Below, in pieces: positions 62,016 to 64,000 of a stretch of 64,000 nt of DNA. The notes under the pieces are model-generated. The model had not been told where the DNA came from and searched no databases. It saw only the letters and a program-made list of their open reading frames with translations. Source of the DNA: Leptolyngbyaceae cyanobacterium (lineage in GTDB: Bacteria > Cyanobacteriota > Cyanobacteriia > Phormidesmidales > Phormidesmidaceae); contig JBHJHA010000011.1 in NCBI GenBank assembly GCA_050331235.1, positions 96,001 through 160,000 on the forward strand. Reading direction: 5' to 3'. Both the position numbers and the translations under genes were made by a program. Positions within the stretch are counted from its first letter, which is position 1. Every line of letters begins with the position of its first letter.

Positions 62016-63659
62016 ATGGTTTTGACTTCGGCAGCAGACACTTTTCAGGCATGGAAAACATCCCAAAATGGATTTGGGAAACTGTCAAACTTACAGGCAC
62101 TTTGTAATGTTTGCGGTGGACAGCATTCCAACATGGCCCACTGGGAGTTTATGCAAACGATGCCCCAGGATCCCGTTGAGATGGTAGATGACTTCGTCAA
62201 GATGGGCCTGTTCAAAGAGAATCAGCTCCGTGCTGCTGATTCTGTCAATGCTTACGAGCTGAGGCAGGCGCTTTTTCTTAAGCGAGTGGGCCGCGGTAAT
62301 CCGAAGCGGGAAAAGCTCATTTTGGCACTATGCGAGCAGGCCGGTGGACTAGACAATGCTTTTGCCGCCGCCTTTGGTCCGCAAGCCGGTCTATTCTTCT
62401 CAGACACGGTTCGAAATAGTGCCACCGGCCGTCGAGAGTTTTTGCGCAATATGGCTGTAGGTGCAGCACTTGTGACCTTGGCCGGCTGCGGCACCGGGGG
62501 CGAAGAACCCGCCGCCACCGAAGATGATGCCGAACCCGTATCTACGGACGGGTTGGAAAAAACGGACCTGCAGATTGGCTTTATCCCCATCACCTGCGCT
62601 ACGCCCATCATTATGTCTGAGCCCCTGGGGTTCTATGAAAAGTACGGCTTCAATGCACAAGTGGTGAAGATGCCCAGTTGGGGCGCAGTCCGTGATTCAG
62701 CGATCGCCGGTGAGCTGGACGCTTACCACATGCTGGCCCCCATGCCCATTGCCATGACCCTCGGCTTAGGTTCTGGAGCCTTTGGAGTCAAGCTGGCCAG
62801 CATTGAAAACATCAACGGCCAAGCCATTACCGTCGCCGAGAAATACAAAGGGCAAATCAACGGTCCCGCTGACTTTAAAGGCTTTACGATGGGCGTGCCT
62901 TTCCCTTATTCAATGCACAATCTGCTACTGCGGTATTACTTAGCCACTGGCGGCATCGATCCCGATGTCGATGTGCAGATCCGTCCCGTTCCCCCACCAG
63001 ACAGCATTGCTCAGTTAGTAGCGGGTGATATTGACGCCTATCTCATGCCGGACCCATTCAACCAGCGGGCAGTTTACGAGGGTGCTGGCTTTATCCACAT
63101 GCTGACAAAAGACTTGTGGCCCGGTCATCCCTGCTGTGCCTTTGCGGCCAGCGATGAGTGGATTAACGCCAACCCCAATACGTTCCGCGCGTTAAACAAG
63201 TCCATTATTGAGGCCGCTGGGTACGCAAGTGATCCGGCCAACCGAGTCGAGATCGCCGAGGCTATCTCCGAGCGCGCCTTTCTCAATCAGCCGACAGAGG
63301 TGGTCGAAGCCGTCCTCACCGGTAACTTCGATGATGGCAACGGCAACACGCTGAGCGTACCCGACCGGATTGACTTTGACCCCTACCCATGGCAAAGCTT
63401 TGCTAACTGGATTTCAAGTCAGCTAGTGCGCTGGGATTTGCAAGGTGACGGGGTAGCCCCCAAGGCGATTCCGGAGCAAGGCTACGACACGGTCGGCAAG
63501 GATGTCTTTCTCACTGATTTGGCTCGAGAGCTGGCCCAGGAATTGGGACAAGAGCCGCCCGAAGAAATTTACCGGACGGAAGAGTTAATGTTTGACACCT
63601 TCGACCCGGCGGCGCCTGAGGCTTATGTGCAACAACAAATTGACGAGTATGGCGTTTAG
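62016..63659 (+). CDS. CmpA/NrtA-family ABC substrate-binding protein, CynA (cyanate)-like
   Basis: IGFIPITCATPIIM, AYHMLAPMP, ENINGQAI, VPFPYSMHN.LLRYYL, PDPFNQRA, GHPCC and RIDFDPYPW; Tat/lipobox at residues 139-158. Confidence 0.82.
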   Translation: MVLTSAADTFQAWKTSQNGFGKLSNLQALCNVCGGQHSNMAHWEFMQTMPQDPVEMVDDFVKMGLFKENQLRAADSVNAYELRQALFLKRVGRGNPKREKLILALCEQAGGLDNAFAAAFGPQAGLFFSDTVRNSATGRREFLRNMAVGAALVTLAGCGTGGEEPAATEDDAEPVSTDGLEKTDLQIGFIPITCATPIIMSEPLGFYEKYGFNAQVVKMPSWGAVRDSAIAGELDAYHMLAPMPIAMTLGLGSGAFGVKLASIENINGQAITVAEKYKGQINGPADFKGFTMGVPFPYSMHNLLLRYYLATGGIDPDVDVQIRPVPPPDSIAQLVAGDIDAYLMPDPFNQRAVYEGAGFIHMLTKDLWPGHPCCAFAASDEWINANPNTFRALNKSIIEAAGYASDPANRVEIAEAISERAFLNQPTEVVEAVLTGNFDDGNGNTLSVPDRIDFDPYPWQSFANWISSQLVRWDLQGDGVAPKAIPEQGYDTVGKDVFLTDLARELAQELGQEPPEEIYRTEELMFDTFDPAAPEAYVQQQIDEYGV

Positions 63660-63684
63660 TACTGTCGGTTAGGAGATATGTAGT

Positions 63685-64000
63685 ATGACTGTCAGCGATA
63701 CAAATACAGGGGTCCCCTATTACGGGGGAGAAAAGGAGTCGCTTTTCTTTACCGAAGGCGTACGGGCATTTTTGCTCTTTGTCGGTTCATTGGTTGCCTT
63801 CTTGCTGTTTTGGGAAATTGGGGCTCGGGCTGAATTATTTGCCAAGGGTATGCCAACGGCGTCTGAAACCCTCAAGGAACTCTGGTGGTGGAGTACCCAT
63901 CCATTTTTCAATAACGGGCCCAACGACTTAGGCATTGGTTGGAACTTGCTGATTAGTTTGCGGCGGGTCGCGATCGGCTATTTTCTGGCCTCGATCGTAG
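63685..64000 (+). CDS. NrtB/CynB-family ABC permease (5' part, runs off the window)
   Basis: ATG at 63685 after AGGAG; ...HPFFNNGPNDLGIGWNLLISLRRVAIGY. Confidence 0.88.
   Translation, partial: MTVSDTNTGVPYYGGEKESLFFTEGVRAFLLFVGSLVAFLLFWEIGARAELFAKGMPTASETLKELWWWSTHPFFNNGPNDLGIGWNLLISLRRVAIGYFLASIV

Overview
Chromosomal window from a cyanobacterium, probably a Leptolyngbyaceae/Nodosilineales-type filament. This rests on abundant HIP1 octamers (GCGATCGC) and on psb28, nblA, nblS, acsF and pentapeptide-repeat genes. Most of the window is housekeeping: carB, purT, ppk2, cobD, hup, pilMNOQ and tRNA-Arg(TCT). Several blocks stand out. (1) A phycobilisome-degradation neighbourhood holds an NblD-like gene, nblS and nblA, with an HLR1-like box before nblA. 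(2) A 51-aa ORF missed by the ORF track resembles the ATP synthase inhibitor AtpTheta. (3) An NLR-like NACHT-GUN4 gene with a lower-GC 3' end lies next to a REP-associated tyrosine transposase that carries its REP palindrome in frame. (4) A low-oxygen-type acsF precedes a six-gene sulfane-sulfur detoxification cluster with a SqrR/BigR-like repressor, and a shared candidate operator is visible at two promoters. (5) At the right end, a soluble His/Cys-rich PAS kinase and a divergent receiver-AraC regulator sit beside a cyanate-type ABC transporter whose binding protein has a long CxxC-H-H extension before its Tat signal. Block 5 is my best candidate for an undescribed sensing system. A degenerate DUF4440-like pseudogene is also present. 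I saw no CRISPR array, integrase or rRNA. All family calls come from motif recognition by eye; no database searches were run.
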